Below the pieces are notes generated by a model that saw nothing but the letters and a program-made list of their open reading frames with translations, had not been told where the DNA came from and ran no database searches. A program made the position numbers and the translations under genes. From an uncultured Chloroflexia bacterium (GTDB taxonomy: Bacteria > Chloroflexota > Anaerolineae > Promineifilales > Promineifilaceae): a stretch of DNA of 64,000 nt. The DNA lies in assembly GCA_963749825.1 (NCBI GenBank), contig CAVVOI010000009.1, positions 569,362-633,361 of the forward strand, in the 5' to 3' direction. This document shows positions 9,015-18,892 of this stretch, in pieces (positions within the stretch are counted from its first letter, which is position 1; the number at the start of each line of letters is the position of its first letter).

Positions 9015-11954
9015 TTGATCATGAATGAACCGACGATCATCGGCGATCGTTATGCCGTCGCCACCCTCATCGCCCAAGGGATGATGGGGCCACTTTATCG
9101 TGGCCTGGATCAGAATTTAAACCGACCGGTAGCCATCAAGGTACTCAGACCGGAAGTTTTAACAGATCATCCCACCCTGCTGGAGCGATTTTTACGTGAA
9201 GGCGACGCCCTGCGTCAACTGAATCATCCCAACATCGTTAATTGGCTAAACGTAATCGAACAGGATGGCGTTCATTACCTGATCATGGAGTTCGTCGAAG
9301 GGGGATCGCTGCATGATCTTTTGCGAGAAACCCCCCAACTCTCGGTTGAACGCGTCCTTGAAATCGGGCTAGATCTCGCCGATGCCCTGACTCGCACGCA
9401 TCGTCTCGGCATTATTCACCGTGACCTAAAGCCACAGAATGTGTTGCTGGCTGAAGACGGAACCCCGCTTCTGAGCGATTTCGGCATCGCCCATTACTTG
9501 GAGCGAACGACCCTCTCCCATCCCGGTGGTTTCGCCGGCACCCTGGCCTACGTTCCACCTGAAGCGTTTCTTGGACAAGAAGCAGATGAAAGGACCGATA
9601 TCTGGTCATTTGGGGTCATGCTGTATGAAATGTTGTCTGGTCGTTTGCCTTTTGAGAGCAACCATACGGCCGGGCTGATTAATACCATCTTGAATGAACC
9701 GGCGCCGCCAATAGACCAGCTCCGGCCGGACCTGCCACCCGATTTGGTGCGTTTGATTGAACTCATGCTGGTCAAGGATGAGGCAGGGCGTATTCAATCG
9801 ATCCGTCGGGTGGGCGCGGCTCTGGAAGCCATCGAGAGAGGCCAACCAGCTGAACTTCCGGCCATTGCCAGGCCGGCGCTACCAAGCAGCTTGCCCGATC
9901 GGCCGACACCTTTTATCGGCCGGGAGCAAGAATTGGTCGAGGTTATGGCCCTTCTCAAGGCACCTAACTGCCGCCTGCTTACTCTCACAGGACCCGGTGG
10001 GGTGGGTAAGACACGCCTGGCCTTGCAAGCCGCTCGGGCTCTGTCAGACTTTTACGAAGATGGGATCTTCTTCGTCAACCTGGCCCCTATTTTTGCCCCA
10101 GAGTTGGTCGCCGGCCGGATCGCCCGATCGCTAGGACTCAAAGAAGGTCCAGCCCGCTCGCCGCTGGATAGCATCAAAGATCACTTGAGCGATCGCCATT
10201 GTTTATTGTTGTTAGATAATTTTGAGCACCTCATCACTGCTGCGACGGACGTCAGCGAGCTAATCGCCAGCGTCCCTAGTCTGGATATCTTAGTGACCAG
10301 TCGAGAAATTTTGCATCTCTATGGCGAGCAAGAGTACCCGGTATCGCCATTGGCTGTCCCTGATCAACTGGAGCCGACGGCCGAACTATCTCAGTATGAA
10401 TCGGTCGCCTTGTTCGTCCGCCACGCCCAACTTTCCAATCCCAACTTCCGCTTGACCGAGAAGAACGCCTGGGACGTAGCCCAAATTTGTTTACGCCTGG
10501 ATGGACTACCGCTGGCAATTGAATTGGCCGCCGCCCGATCCAAGTTTTTCCCACCCCAATACCTGCTTCCCCTTTTTGATGGTTCGCTGGATATAGTATC
10601 CGGTGGTTCTCGCGACCTCGCACTGCGGCATCAAACACTGCGATCAACCATTGGCTGGAGCTATGACCTGCTGGATCTTCAGGAAAAGAAGCTGTTTACC
10701 CGGCTGGCCGTTTTTCAGGGTGGCTGCAGTTTGGACGCCCTGCAGGAGGTATGCCAGGCTGGACTTGGCGCAAGCGTCCTGACTGGCATCGAATCTTTAC
10801 TGAACAAGAGCCTGTTGCAACGGATGGACGATCCGGAAGGAGCATCGCGCTTTTATTTCCTCAATACGATCCATCAGTACGCACGTGAGGTCCTGGTTGA
10901 AAGTGGTGAAGAAGTGGTTATGCGACAGAGGCATGCCCGCTTTTTCGCCAAATTGGCCGAGCAGGCGGAGCCAGAGTTGAGAGGGCCTGATCAGGAAAGA
11001 TGGTCGGCGCGTCTCAGGCTAGAGTACGACAACCTGCGGGCGGCCTTAAGTTGGGCCATTGCTGGCGGTGATGTTGAGTTAGGATTGGGCTTAGCCGGAG
11101 ATCTAGCTGAATTTTGGTACTATGAGGGTCCGATATCAGAAGGAGAACGGTGGATTGAGTTGGCCCTGGCCCAGGTAGAGAACGAACAATTCTCGCCTCG
11201 AATTCAGGCCAAGGTGCTTAATGGTGCCGGCATGTTAGCATTCGCTGTTGGCGATCACGTTAGGGGCAAACACTGGAACCAACAGGCGTTAAACATTGCC
11301 CGCGAAGCTGGAGACAAAGTTGGCCGGGCCTGGGCCTTGTTCTGGCTCAGCGCCCACAAGACTATCCAGCCGGAATCATATCGAGATGGCATTCCAATGA
11401 TCGAGCAATCTTTGATCCTCTTTAGAGAGGCCGGAGACCAGGCAGGTTTGGCCTGGGGTTACAATCAACTTGGAGAACTAAACCGTTTACTAGGCGATCT
11501 CAAACGGGCTCGCGACGCATATGAGTCATCGTTGGCCATCTGTCGCGAAACTGGCAACAAGCGTCGCGAAGCCATCGCCTTAATGAACTTGAGTTACGTC
11601 GCTCAAGGCCAGGAAGAGTACCAGCAAGCCGAACGATATTGCCTGGCCGGGTTGGACTTGCTTAAAAAGCTTAAGCTTGAATACCATAGCGCCATTGCCC
11701 TATCGATGTTGGCCGGTCCGCTGGCCTCTCAAGGGCGAGCAGAGCAGGCAGCCACTCTATTGGGCGCCGCAGAGGGGATTTTCGAACGAATGGCCGTCAC
11801 TTTGCAGCCGGCCGACCGGGTTGAGATAGATGACTACATCGCCCAAGTTTGCCATCTGCTAGAGACCGCTGCCTTTGATGCAGCCTGGCACAAAGGAAGG
11901 CTGATGACCTTCGAGCTGGCTCTGGCTTATGCTCTTAAGGCCGGGGAAGATTGA
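9015..11954 (+). CDS. STAND-type signalling protein: N-terminal Ser/Thr protein kinase, NB-ARC/AAA P-loop NTPase, C-terminal TPR repeats (979 aa)
   Basis: Kinase motifs AIKVL, HRDLKPQN, DFG and APE. P-loop GPGGVGKT, and a Walker B-like LLLLDNFEHL. The C-terminal ~350 aa are rich in TPR-like helical repeats (e.g. GNKRREAIALMNLSYVAQ). Confidence 0.85.
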   Translation: MIMNEPTIIGDRYAVATLIAQGMMGPLYRGLDQNLNRPVAIKVLRPEVLTDHPTLLERFLREGDALRQLNHPNIVNWLNVIEQDGVHYLIMEFVEGGSLHDLLRETPQLSVERVLEIGLDLADALTRTHRLGIIHRDLKPQNVLLAEDGTPLLSDFGIAHYLERTTLSHPGGFAGTLAYVPPEAFLGQEADERTDIWSFGVMLYEMLSGRLPFESNHTAGLINTILNEPAPPIDQLRPDLPPDLVRLIELMLVKDEAGRIQSIRRVGAALEAIERGQPAELPAIARPALPSSLPDRPTPFIGREQELVEVMALLKAPNCRLLTLTGPGGVGKTRLALQAARALSDFYEDGIFFVNLAPIFAPELVAGRIARSLGLKEGPARSPLDSIKDHLSDRHCLLLLDNFEHLITAATDVSELIASVPSLDILVTSREILHLYGEQEYPVSPLAVPDQLEPTAELSQYESVALFVRHAQLSNPNFRLTEKNAWDVAQICLRLDGLPLAIELAAARSKFFPPQYLLPLFDGSLDIVSGGSRDLALRHQTLRSTIGWSYDLLDLQEKKLFTRLAVFQGGCSLDALQEVCQAGLGASVLTGIESLLNKSLLQRMDDPEGASRFYFLNTIHQYAREVLVESGEEVVMRQRHARFFAKLAEQAEPELRGPDQERWSARLRLEYDNLRAALSWAIAGGDVELGLGLAGDLAEFWYYEGPISEGERWIELALAQVENEQFSPRIQAKVLNGAGMLAFAVGDHVRGKHWNQQALNIAREAGDKVGRAWALFWLSAHKTIQPESYRDGIPMIEQSLILFREAGDQAGLAWGYNQLGELNRLLGDLKRARDAYESSLAICRETGNKRREAIALMNLSYVAQGQEEYQQAERYCLAGLDLLKKLKLEYHSAIALSMLAGPLASQGRAEQAATLLGAAEGIFERMAVTLQPADRVEIDDYIAQVCHLLETAAFDAAWHKGRLMTFELALAYALKAGED

Positions 11955-12018
11955 TCTGGTCAGGACTGGGGCCGCTTATTTAATGACTGCGATACTCCGA
12001 CCGTCTATCTTCTGAGTC

Positions 12019-12708
12019 TCATTTCCCTGTATTAAAATATTGGATGCAATCGCCTTGATTATTGAAATTCGTTCCGTCCTCTCTGGTCATTGACTGCCAG
12101 CCATCGTTTTTGCAATCATTCTTGCCGAGTAAATGACCCAAAATAATCAGCCGGCCGGACAACTGGGCATCAGTCCAAATTCCATCACCATTGGGATCGC
12201 TTCCCGGCGAACTGGCTTCAAATTCTTCAACAACCAGCCCAATGCCGCTGATGGCATACCCCGCTAAGTCAATGCCACTGGGACCAGCCTGATCTCCGAA
12301 GAAGGTGCTCTCATCGAGACTTTGACTTCCGCCACCTGAACCAAAAGACCAGCGGACTTCGGCTATTTCATCCAATCCATCGGTCAGCCGGGAAGTGACA
12401 GTATCGAAGACCGGATCGTTTGCCGAGGTCATCATGATGGTCTCGCCCTGAATCTGGGATATTAATATGTATTCGAGAACATTGCTATCCGGGCAATAAT
12501 CCGTAGGTTTAGCCAGCCATTCATCGACCGTGCATGCGCCAAACAAGAAAAACATCGTGTCCGTAATGATATTGCCGCCCAAAGTGGTATCAACCGGTTT
12601 ACTCACGAGGATTTGATCTTCCTGCTGGTGGTTGGCCTTAACAGGTACGAAAACTGTTATTAACAATAAGGATACTAAACACAGGGAATACAGAAATTTC
12701 TTTTTCAC
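12019..12708 (-). CDS. Hypothetical secreted protein (signal peptide VKKKFLYSLCLVSLLLITVFVPVKA); GTG start
   Basis: An ORF with AGGGGG 5 nt upstream of an in-frame GTG. Classic signal peptide. No recognisable domain. Confidence 0.5.
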   Translation of the reverse strand: MKKKFLYSLCLVSLLLITVFVPVKANHQQEDQILVSKPVDTTLGGNIITDTMFFLFGACTVDEWLAKPTDYCPDSNVLEYILISQIQGETIMMTSANDPVFDTVTSRLTDGLDEIAEVRWSFGSGGGSQSLDESTFFGDQAGPSGIDLAGYAISGIGLVVEEFEASSPGSDPNGDGIWTDAQLSGRLIILGHLLGKNDCKNDGWQSMTREDGTNFNNQGDCIQYFNTGK

Positions 12709-12820
12709 ATCACACCCCCTAAAAAAATAGCTTCCCATTATCTAATCATACGCTAGCTTATCGATACTTCACTGTCAATGTGACGAAAATCACTTTTCAA
12801 TTGTAAGCGTTGTTGTGACT

Positions 12821-12852
12821 CCCCAGGCGGCCGGACTATACATGGCCTGGGG
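12821..12852. repeat. REP-like small palindromic element, copy 1 (ccccaggcgg-ccggactatacatg-gcctgggg)
   Basis: Intergenic. The stem CCCCAGGC/GCCTGGGG encloses a loop ending in CATG. This is one of three similar copies within 1.3 kb. Confidence 0.6.
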
Positions 12853-12871
12853 AAGAATGCATTTGACGATT

Positions 12872-13156
12872 CTATAAGAACTCGAGGCGTCTCCGCAAAA
12901 GTGACCCGGCTATCGCTCCTGCCACCGTGAACGTTACAATGATAATGATAGCCCACAATCCCGACAGTATGAAGTCGGGGATATGTCCCGGAAACCCATC
13001 CGGCCAAATACCGGTGTCCCAAGTTAGTAGTACCTTTATAATACCAGCGAAGATCCAACTTTCGAACGTGACTGCGACACCGATAACCAAACCAGTTAGC
13101 GCCCCATTCACTATATCCGAAAAAAGCTTACTCTTGAATTTGGTACTAAGTGCCAT
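12872..13156 (-). CDS. Small (94 aa) membrane protein, hypothetical
   Basis: AAAGGAG RBS before ATG (MALSTKFKSKLF...). 2-3 predicted TM helices. Confidence 0.5.
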   Translation of the reverse strand: MALSTKFKSKLFSDIVNGALTGLVIGVAVTFESWIFAGIIKVLLTWDTGIWPDGFPGHIPDFILSGLWAIIIIVTFTVAGAIAGSLLRRRLEFL

Positions 13157-13281
13157 CGTATAGCTCCTTTCTGCGCACCGTGACACCTATCTAGCAGTAT
13201 ATAATAGGGTATCGATACTGTAAAGCTCCCATTTTTGGGATCACTCAGAAGTGTGTAGCTCCATTCCCTATAGTGTGAATT

Positions 13282-13325
13282 CCCAGGCGGCAAGCCTTAA
13301 CATGGCCTGGGGGCCTGGGGGCCTG
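13282..13325. repeat. REP-like palindromic element, copy 2 (cccaggcggcaagccttaacatggcctggg) plus a short GGCCTGGG tandem repeat
   Basis: Same stem/loop architecture as copies 1 and 3, followed by ggcctgggggcctgggggcctgg. Confidence 0.6.
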
Positions 13326-13337
13326 GCTACTATGTCT

Positions 13338-13949
13338 CTACGGCAGACTTTCACAAGCTAATCCATCATTATCAGTCCCATCAAGTTTGTGAATGTCATA
13401 TCCGACGACGGTCATGCAGTAATCATGGCATGCTTGGGCCTGAGCGTGTGTGCCAAAGTCACCGCAATTGAAGATATTCCCTGAGCAATCACATACAGCG
13501 GCCGGCGGCGGTGGCGGTGGTGGTTCTGTAGGCGGTGGCGGCGGTGGCAATGTATTGGTTGGTAAAGGAACAGGCGTGTTTGTTGGCAATGGGATTGGGG
13601 TATTTGTTGGCAGTGGGATAGGCGTGTTGGTCGGTAAAGGTTGCGAGGTGGCCGGGGCCTGAGTCGGCACTGGCGCTGGTGTATTTGTTGGTGGTGCCGG
13701 GGTGATTGTTGGTCTTGGGGTATTGGATGGCCTTGGGGTATTCGTTGGGCGCTTGGTGTTGGTTGGCTTAGGCGTATTTGTTGGCTTTTGTGTATTGGTT
13801 TCAGTCGGCTCAGGCGTGTTGGTTGCCGTAGCCGGTGGCTTGACCTCAACCTCATCGACAGTCGGTGCCAATGTTGGCACTGACTCCGTAGACCCACAAC
13901 CCAAGACAACCAGTATCAAGACCGCTGCAAATACTATTCTTTTTTTCAT
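13338..13949 (-). CDS. Secreted lipoprotein with a long Pro/Thr-rich tandem-repeat linker and a C-terminal Excalibur Ca-binding domain
   Basis: Signal/lipobox MKKRIVFAAVLILVVLGCGS. Repeats of (PLPTNTPI) and (KPTNTP) units follow. The C-terminus ...DCSGNIFNCGDFGTHAQAQACHDYC...DGTDNDGLACESLP matches the Excalibur DxDxDGxxCE motif. The alternative start at 13958 is in frame. Confidence 0.7.
   Translation of the reverse strand: MKKRIVFAAVLILVVLGCGSTESVPTLAPTVDEVEVKPPATATNTPEPTETNTQKPTNTPKPTNTKRPTNTPRPSNTPRPTITPAPPTNTPAPVPTQAPATSQPLPTNTPIPLPTNTPIPLPTNTPVPLPTNTLPPPPPPTEPPPPPPPAAVCDCSGNIFNCGDFGTHAQAQACHDYCMTVVGYDIHKLDGTDNDGLACESLP
13540..13650. repeat. 27-nt periodic tandem repeat encoding the PLPTNTP(I/V) units of the PT-rich protein
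   Basis: Seen directly: ggcaatgggattggggtatttgttggcagtgggataggcgtgttggtc... with a period of about 27 nt. Confidence 0.6.
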
Positions 13950-14072
13950 AGGCCCCATCGCTCCTGGCACTAATTGACACGCACTAAACAGGATAGCATG
14001 GAGCGATGAGGTTGGTCAATATGACGAAGATCACTAGATCACTTGTTTATTTGTGAGGGTCGGCAATGTGAC

Positions 14073-14105
14073 CCCCAGGCGGCTAGCCTTTACATGGCCT
14101 GGGGG
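14073..14105. repeat. REP-like palindromic element, copy 3 (cccccaggcgg-ctagcctttacatg-gcctggggg)
   Basis: Third copy of the CCCCAGGC...CATGGCCTGGGG element, again intergenic. Confidence 0.6.
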
Positions 14106-14370
14106 AAATGTAACTATGCAGAGATTCGAGACAAACAGCAGACAGCATTACAATTTGTGCACCATACCAGACTCGCCGTCTACTCCTGCTTGGACGTTTT
14201 CGGAAGTGGAGTCACACTTGCTGGTTTATTTTCTTATTGACAAGAATAGCATACCCTGGCTAGTCCGAGAAGGGCGTGCTTTTTTTAGCACCTTGACGAG
14301 TCTATCGTCGGTTATTTCAGGACAAATAGCACCCGTAGAGTCACTGCTGACTCTACGGGCTCGTTTCAAA

Positions 14371-14865
14371 CTACTGCCACCATCGAATATCGACATCTTT
14401 AAAAGAAACCGTTTCCCCAATTGCGTTAATCGTCGTACGGTACAATAGCTTACCCTGACAAACAACGCCATCGCCTGCGCGAATAACGTTTGTGTGACGA
14501 ACGATTTCCATAGTGGTTTCTGCCTGTTCCCCTTCAAGTGGGGTCTTGAAATTTTCATTACCGGTCTGATGCATCGTGTACTCAGCACCAGTGGTTTGTC
14601 CAATGCCATAGCCAACTGTATTAAAATGCCATTTGTGGTGTACCACAGGCCTATTTGCAGTAATTACATCAAACCACCAATGAAAAACTATATGGGTATC
14701 GTAGATGAAGTCGATTCTCTCGCCTGCCCCCGCACACGGAGGCGAATTTTCCCATGTATATCTATAGCTTACAGCTCCTTCCTGCCCTTCATTCGCCGTT
14801 GCAACTGTAACAGCCAACGACAATAAGATGGCGACTAAAAGTAAGACCAACAGGAATTGCTTCAT
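14371..14865 (-). CDS. Hypothetical secreted protein (164 aa, signal peptide MKQFLLVLLLVAILLSLAVTVATA)
   Basis: Clean ORF with a signal peptide. No recognisable domain. Confidence 0.5.
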   Translation of the reverse strand: MKQFLLVLLLVAILLSLAVTVATANEGQEGAVSYRYTWENSPPCAGAGERIDFIYDTHIVFHWWFDVITANRPVVHHKWHFNTVGYGIGQTTGAEYTMHQTGNENFKTPLEGEQAETTMEIVRHTNVIRAGDGVVCQGKLLYRTTINAIGETVSFKDVDIRWWQ

Positions 14866-15193
14866 GACTCTACCTCCCTAGAATATTTGGCATAGCTCCT
14901 CAAGAACACCCTGGCATGGTTGTCAATGCCCCAACCCAACCTTGCCTTGAAAGCAGCATAGCACAGGTTGTCTGCGAAAGTATAGCAACTTTATGCGATT
15001 TTGTGCATAAGCGTGCGACTCTATGACTGAACGGGGCATCTCTCCCCCAGCAAGCTATACATCAATCCATTATCCCCCACCCAAACCGTTTGCCCGCAAT
15101 TCCTACACCCAGACTGATAGCCGCCGGCCGGATTATCAACTGGTACAAATGGGCCTTGGTAATTGGGACAACCACGCCTAATAGAGATTATTT

Positions 15194-15893
15194 TTACTGG
15201 TTCCGCGGCCGGTACTGCAAGGCCTTGGCCAGAAAAGCTGTTTGAATTTCCTCTTCGGCCGCCAGGTCGGCGATGGTCCGGGGGACTTTGAGGACGCGGT
15301 TAAAGGCGCGGGCCCTCAAACCTAGTTGGGCCATGGCGCTGCGCATCAGTTGCCGGCCGGTGTCGTCCACCTGGCAATACTCTCGTACTTCGCTGGAGCC
15401 CATGTCGTCATTACAGAACAGTTCCGTGCCTTCGAAACGCTCCATCTGACGCTGGCGGGCAGCTTCAACGCGCCGGCGTATTTCGCTGGAAGATTCGCCT
15501 CTGCGGTTGGAGGTCAATTTCTCGAACTCAACCCGCGGCACGTCGATATGAATGTTGATTCTATCCATGAGCGGGCCGGAAATTCGTTTCTGGTAGCGTG
15601 TGACCATGGCATTGGAACAGCTGCAGGCGTGGGTAGGATCGCCGTAATAGCCACAGGGGCATGGATTTTGGGCGGCAACCAGCATGAAGCTGGCCGGATA
15701 GGTGACGGTCCCCGTAGCGCGAGAGATGGATACTTCCCGCGGATTGTCTTCTAATGACTGGCGCAGCACTTCCAGCAATCGTTCTCCGAACTCGGGCAAT
15801 TCGTCGAGGAAAAGCACGCCGTGATGGGCCAGCGAAATCTCGCCTGGCCGGGGCCAGGGCCGCCGCCCACCAGCCCGGCAATCACGCCCGCTG
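15194..15893 (-). pseudogene. Detached 3' fragment of a comM/yifB (Mg-chelatase-like AAA+ ATPase) gene. It is about 92% nucleotide-identical to the 3' end of the intact copy at 20056-21585.
   Basis: My base-by-base comparison of 15194-15893 with 20056-20742 shows near-identity, mostly at synonymous positions. The encoded C-terminal 230 aa are about 93% identical. Similarity starts exactly at the stop codon. Confidence 0.8.
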
Positions 15894-16320
15894 CCCTCCC
15901 TGTGCCAAGCCACTCAGAAAACCAGGGCAGCATCCCATATAAAACTGATCCGGTAATGATGATGGATAAAGCCCTCACATAGCCCGCTCTGGAGGTCAGC
16001 CCTAACGCTCTGTATATCAAACTGTCGATCAGCGGGGGGACTGGCGGTAAATGCGCCGTCGGTCCTGTGGGGATTATATAAGTGTTCGCAAATTCCCCGG
16101 TCTTCATTAGTGAGATAGCAATCGCTCCAAGCTCACGGTCGTCGGTGGGCAACAGATACCTTCGGTTGACCTGGTTCACTTGGTTGATGCGTATCGCCAA
16201 CGACAGCAGGAAAATCAGCGTGAAATATCGCCAGGGGGAACCGGTAATCCAATCCAAAACGACTCGCAGGGAGCTCAAGACCCAAACTTCCCTAGACTTT
16301 TCCATGACCCCGCTCCCCAC
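15894..16320 (-). pseudogene. N-terminal fragment (~140 aa) of a GT-C glycosyltransferase (GT39/GT83, ArnT/PMT-like), fused to the comM fragment with a 1-nt frameshift at the junction
   Basis: TM helices plus the conserved first-loop motif DDRELGAIAISLMKTGEF (compare ArnT DETRYAEISREMLASGDW). The reading frame runs into ...AGLVGGG shared with comM, then shifts. One base is missing relative to the intact copy near 15865. Confidence 0.6.
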
Positions 16321-16510
16321 ACAAATTGAATTATACTTTTAGATCGTAAGCCTCGCCACGACAAGCAACCCCCTTCCCCGCCCGGGGCTTCGCCATCGCT
16401 GGAGCCGTCTGGTCCCGTAAAAACCAGCTTTTTTCTCTTTGGCGAAAACCTCTCTTAGTTTTTCCAACCTTGTGTCTCAGAGGTTTTGAACGGAATAGCG
16501 GGAGATTAAA

Positions 16511-18892
16511 TTATTCGTATGCCAACGCTTGACGGACGCTGACCTTAGTCGCTCGAAGAGCTGGCCATAAGCTGGCCAATGCCGAAAGAACTACGATAAT
16601 CACTAACCATGAAAGCACTGCACTTATGGGGTAGCTAAAGTCGAGTGGAACTTCCAGCAACGAATACCCAATCAGGTTACTGAAGAGACGGGCTAATGGA
16701 TAGCTGAAGGGCACAACCAATAACCAACTAATTATGCCCACCAAGATGCCTTCGGATACGAAGATGCCAAGGACAGCCAGCGAACTGGCGCCAATGGCCC
16801 TAATAACACCAATCTCTCGTGCTCGCTCGACGACGTTGATGGACATAGTGCTCATCAGACCGACGCTGCCCACTAATGCAGCCAGGATGGCCATAGCCAA
16901 CATGAGATTTGTGATGATATCAAATTGTGCTTGGTTACTTTCTCGTACTTTGGCAGCACTTTCAAAATTAGAAGCTTCGATATGCTGATTGGCGTAGGTA
17001 TCGCGCAAATCCTTGATAAGCGCTTCCTGACTCTCGGCGTCATTTTTTTTAGCCATTACCCAAACGCTACTGCCGCGATTGACGGTCCTGGTCGCCCGGC
17101 CCAAGGCGTCAAAAGGCACAAAATTCTCGCTCTGATTGTTGTTGACGTTGATGATCAAGCCCACGACTGTCCAATCTGATTCCTGCCCTTCTATGGTCAA
17201 GGTGACCTGGTCGCCTATATTAATTCCTTCGTCTGTGGCTATCTTGTTGTTGAGTAGTATTGCCTGCCCATCTTCAGGCAACAGGGCACGACCGCTAATG
17301 ATTCTTGGCCTAAACATGACTGAATCGGCCGGCACTCCACGGACAAAGACCTGACGTTCCTCTTCTTCATCCAAAGATAACTCTGCTGTTCGGAAACTCC
17401 ATAACTCCGCTCGAACCACACTGGGAACTTGCTCTGTTACCTCTATCAGACGCTCTTCGCGGTACAAGCGTTTGAATCCAACGGCCACGTCAAAGCCAAA
17501 GTCATCTAACAGCACCTCAAGTGTGTTGTTCAAGGAGGCCTGGAAACTGATGACCACGATAAACATCAGACCGCCGAGGACAAGTGTGATCAGGGTTAGT
17601 GCAATGCGAGCTTTACGCCGGAAAGTGTTGCGCAGACTAAGAGTCAGGGGACGGGGCAGGGCACGGATCTGTGCAAATAGCCGGTCGAGCGGGCTAGCCC
17701 CGAAACTAGCTCCAAGGCCATAGGTGCTGATAGCTTTGTGTACGGTGATACGCGCACCGCCGATTACCGGGATCAATGCCGCTAGCAGGGGCACGAACAA
17801 GCCGATGATAATCTGTATCAGGATCACACCTGGCATCAAGCGAAACGAACCTACTTCAATATTCAATAGATTGAGGAGCCATTCAGATAGCAGGTAGGCA
17901 GCAACAGCCCCTAGCGGAATGGCTATGAGCAAAGCAAGAAGCCCATAGATAGAGACCATCCCCAGATACACGCGAATCACATTCGCAGTTGTAGCACCGA
18001 TGGTTTTCATGACACCTATTTGCCAAACCTGTTGAGCAATGGTTGCGTTCATCACATTGACGATCAGGAATCCGCTCAATCCTAATAACAATAAGCCTAA
18101 TATGGTTAGAATCAGCAAAATCGAATCTATCTGATCTTGCATCCAGTGAATTTCTGGATCATTGATCTCAACATAGCCGACGTCCACATCCATACGTTCC
18201 AGTCGATCCTGAATGTTCTTGCTGGCTTCCTTTGCCCCTTCATCACTGAATGTCTCCATAAGGAGATTGAGTCTGTTGTATCCTTCTTCCCGGTTGTTTA
18301 ACCAGGACGCAGTTTCAAGGGTGGCGAAAAAAACCGCATTGCCACCAAGTTGCGGTGGATAGATTTGAGTATGGCGAATGATGCCCTCGACTGGCAGATA
18401 TCGTTCCTTATTGTCATAATCGACGATGATTGAGGTTCCCAAAGGGATGTCAAAATAGGCTGACGATAGTCTCTCCACGGCGAGCATCCGACTGGAGCGT
18501 GATTCTACCGGCCATTGACCGGCTAACAACTCCACGAGGTTCATGGACTGGTTTTCATAATCAGCACGGGCCAACATAAGCCCGTCTCGCCAATCCGTTT
18601 CACCGTCTAATTTCCAGCGGAAAGAGATCCCGTCTTCCCCTTCGGCATCGGCAACGCCTGGTTCATGCCTGATTTTATCTGCTATATCCTGGTCGAATCG
18701 ATCGCTATAAAAAATGATATGTGGAAATTGGCTTGCCTGGTGGCTCTCCGTCATCTGCGTTTGCATCCCACTGGATAAACCAAAGACTACCCCTAAGGCA
18801 AATACGCCTACCGTCGTGGAAAGGATAACTAGGAAGGTGCGGACCTTGTTGCTCCACAGATCACGCCAGACTTTGCGCCAGATCATACTCAT
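16511..18892 (-). CDS. ABC transporter permease, FtsX/MacB family with a large extracytoplasmic domain (793 aa)
   Basis: An N-terminal TM helix, a large periplasmic region, then 4-TM FtsX-like blocks twice. Translationally overlapped by the upstream ATPase gene. Confidence 0.8.
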   Translation of the reverse strand: MSMIWRKVWRDLWSNKVRTFLVILSTTVGVFALGVVFGLSSGMQTQMTESHQASQFPHIIFYSDRFDQDIADKIRHEPGVADAEGEDGISFRWKLDGETDWRDGLMLARADYENQSMNLVELLAGQWPVESRSSRMLAVERLSSAYFDIPLGTSIIVDYDNKERYLPVEGIIRHTQIYPPQLGGNAVFFATLETASWLNNREEGYNRLNLLMETFSDEGAKEASKNIQDRLERMDVDVGYVEINDPEIHWMQDQIDSILLILTILGLLLLGLSGFLIVNVMNATIAQQVWQIGVMKTIGATTANVIRVYLGMVSIYGLLALLIAIPLGAVAAYLLSEWLLNLLNIEVGSFRLMPGVILIQIIIGLFVPLLAALIPVIGGARITVHKAISTYGLGASFGASPLDRLFAQIRALPRPLTLSLRNTFRRKARIALTLITLVLGGLMFIVVISFQASLNNTLEVLLDDFGFDVAVGFKRLYREERLIEVTEQVPSVVRAELWSFRTAELSLDEEEERQVFVRGVPADSVMFRPRIISGRALLPEDGQAILLNNKIATDEGINIGDQVTLTIEGQESDWTVVGLIINVNNNQSENFVPFDALGRATRTVNRGSSVWVMAKKNDAESQEALIKDLRDTYANQHIEASNFESAAKVRESNQAQFDIITNLMLAMAILAALVGSVGLMSTMSINVVERAREIGVIRAIGASSLAVLGIFVSEGILVGIISWLLVVPFSYPLARLFSNLIGYSLLEVPLDFSYPISAVLSWLVIIVVLSALASLWPALRATKVSVRQALAYE

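Noticed and set aside
13412-13977. ORFs 13412-13909 (minus), 13450-13662 (plus), 13641-13883 (plus) and 13702-13977 (plus) overlapping the PT-repeat lipoprotein gene
   Set aside because: Low-complexity translations (poly-Gly/Val, His/Arg-rich) are generated by the 27-nt Pro/Thr-coding repeat read in other frames or strands.
15326-15942. Antisense ORFs within the comM fragment and intact comM (15326-15754, 15561-15881, 20188-20628, 20831-21187)
   Set aside because: Mirror images of the conserved comM coding sequence. The same artefact appears in both repeat copies.
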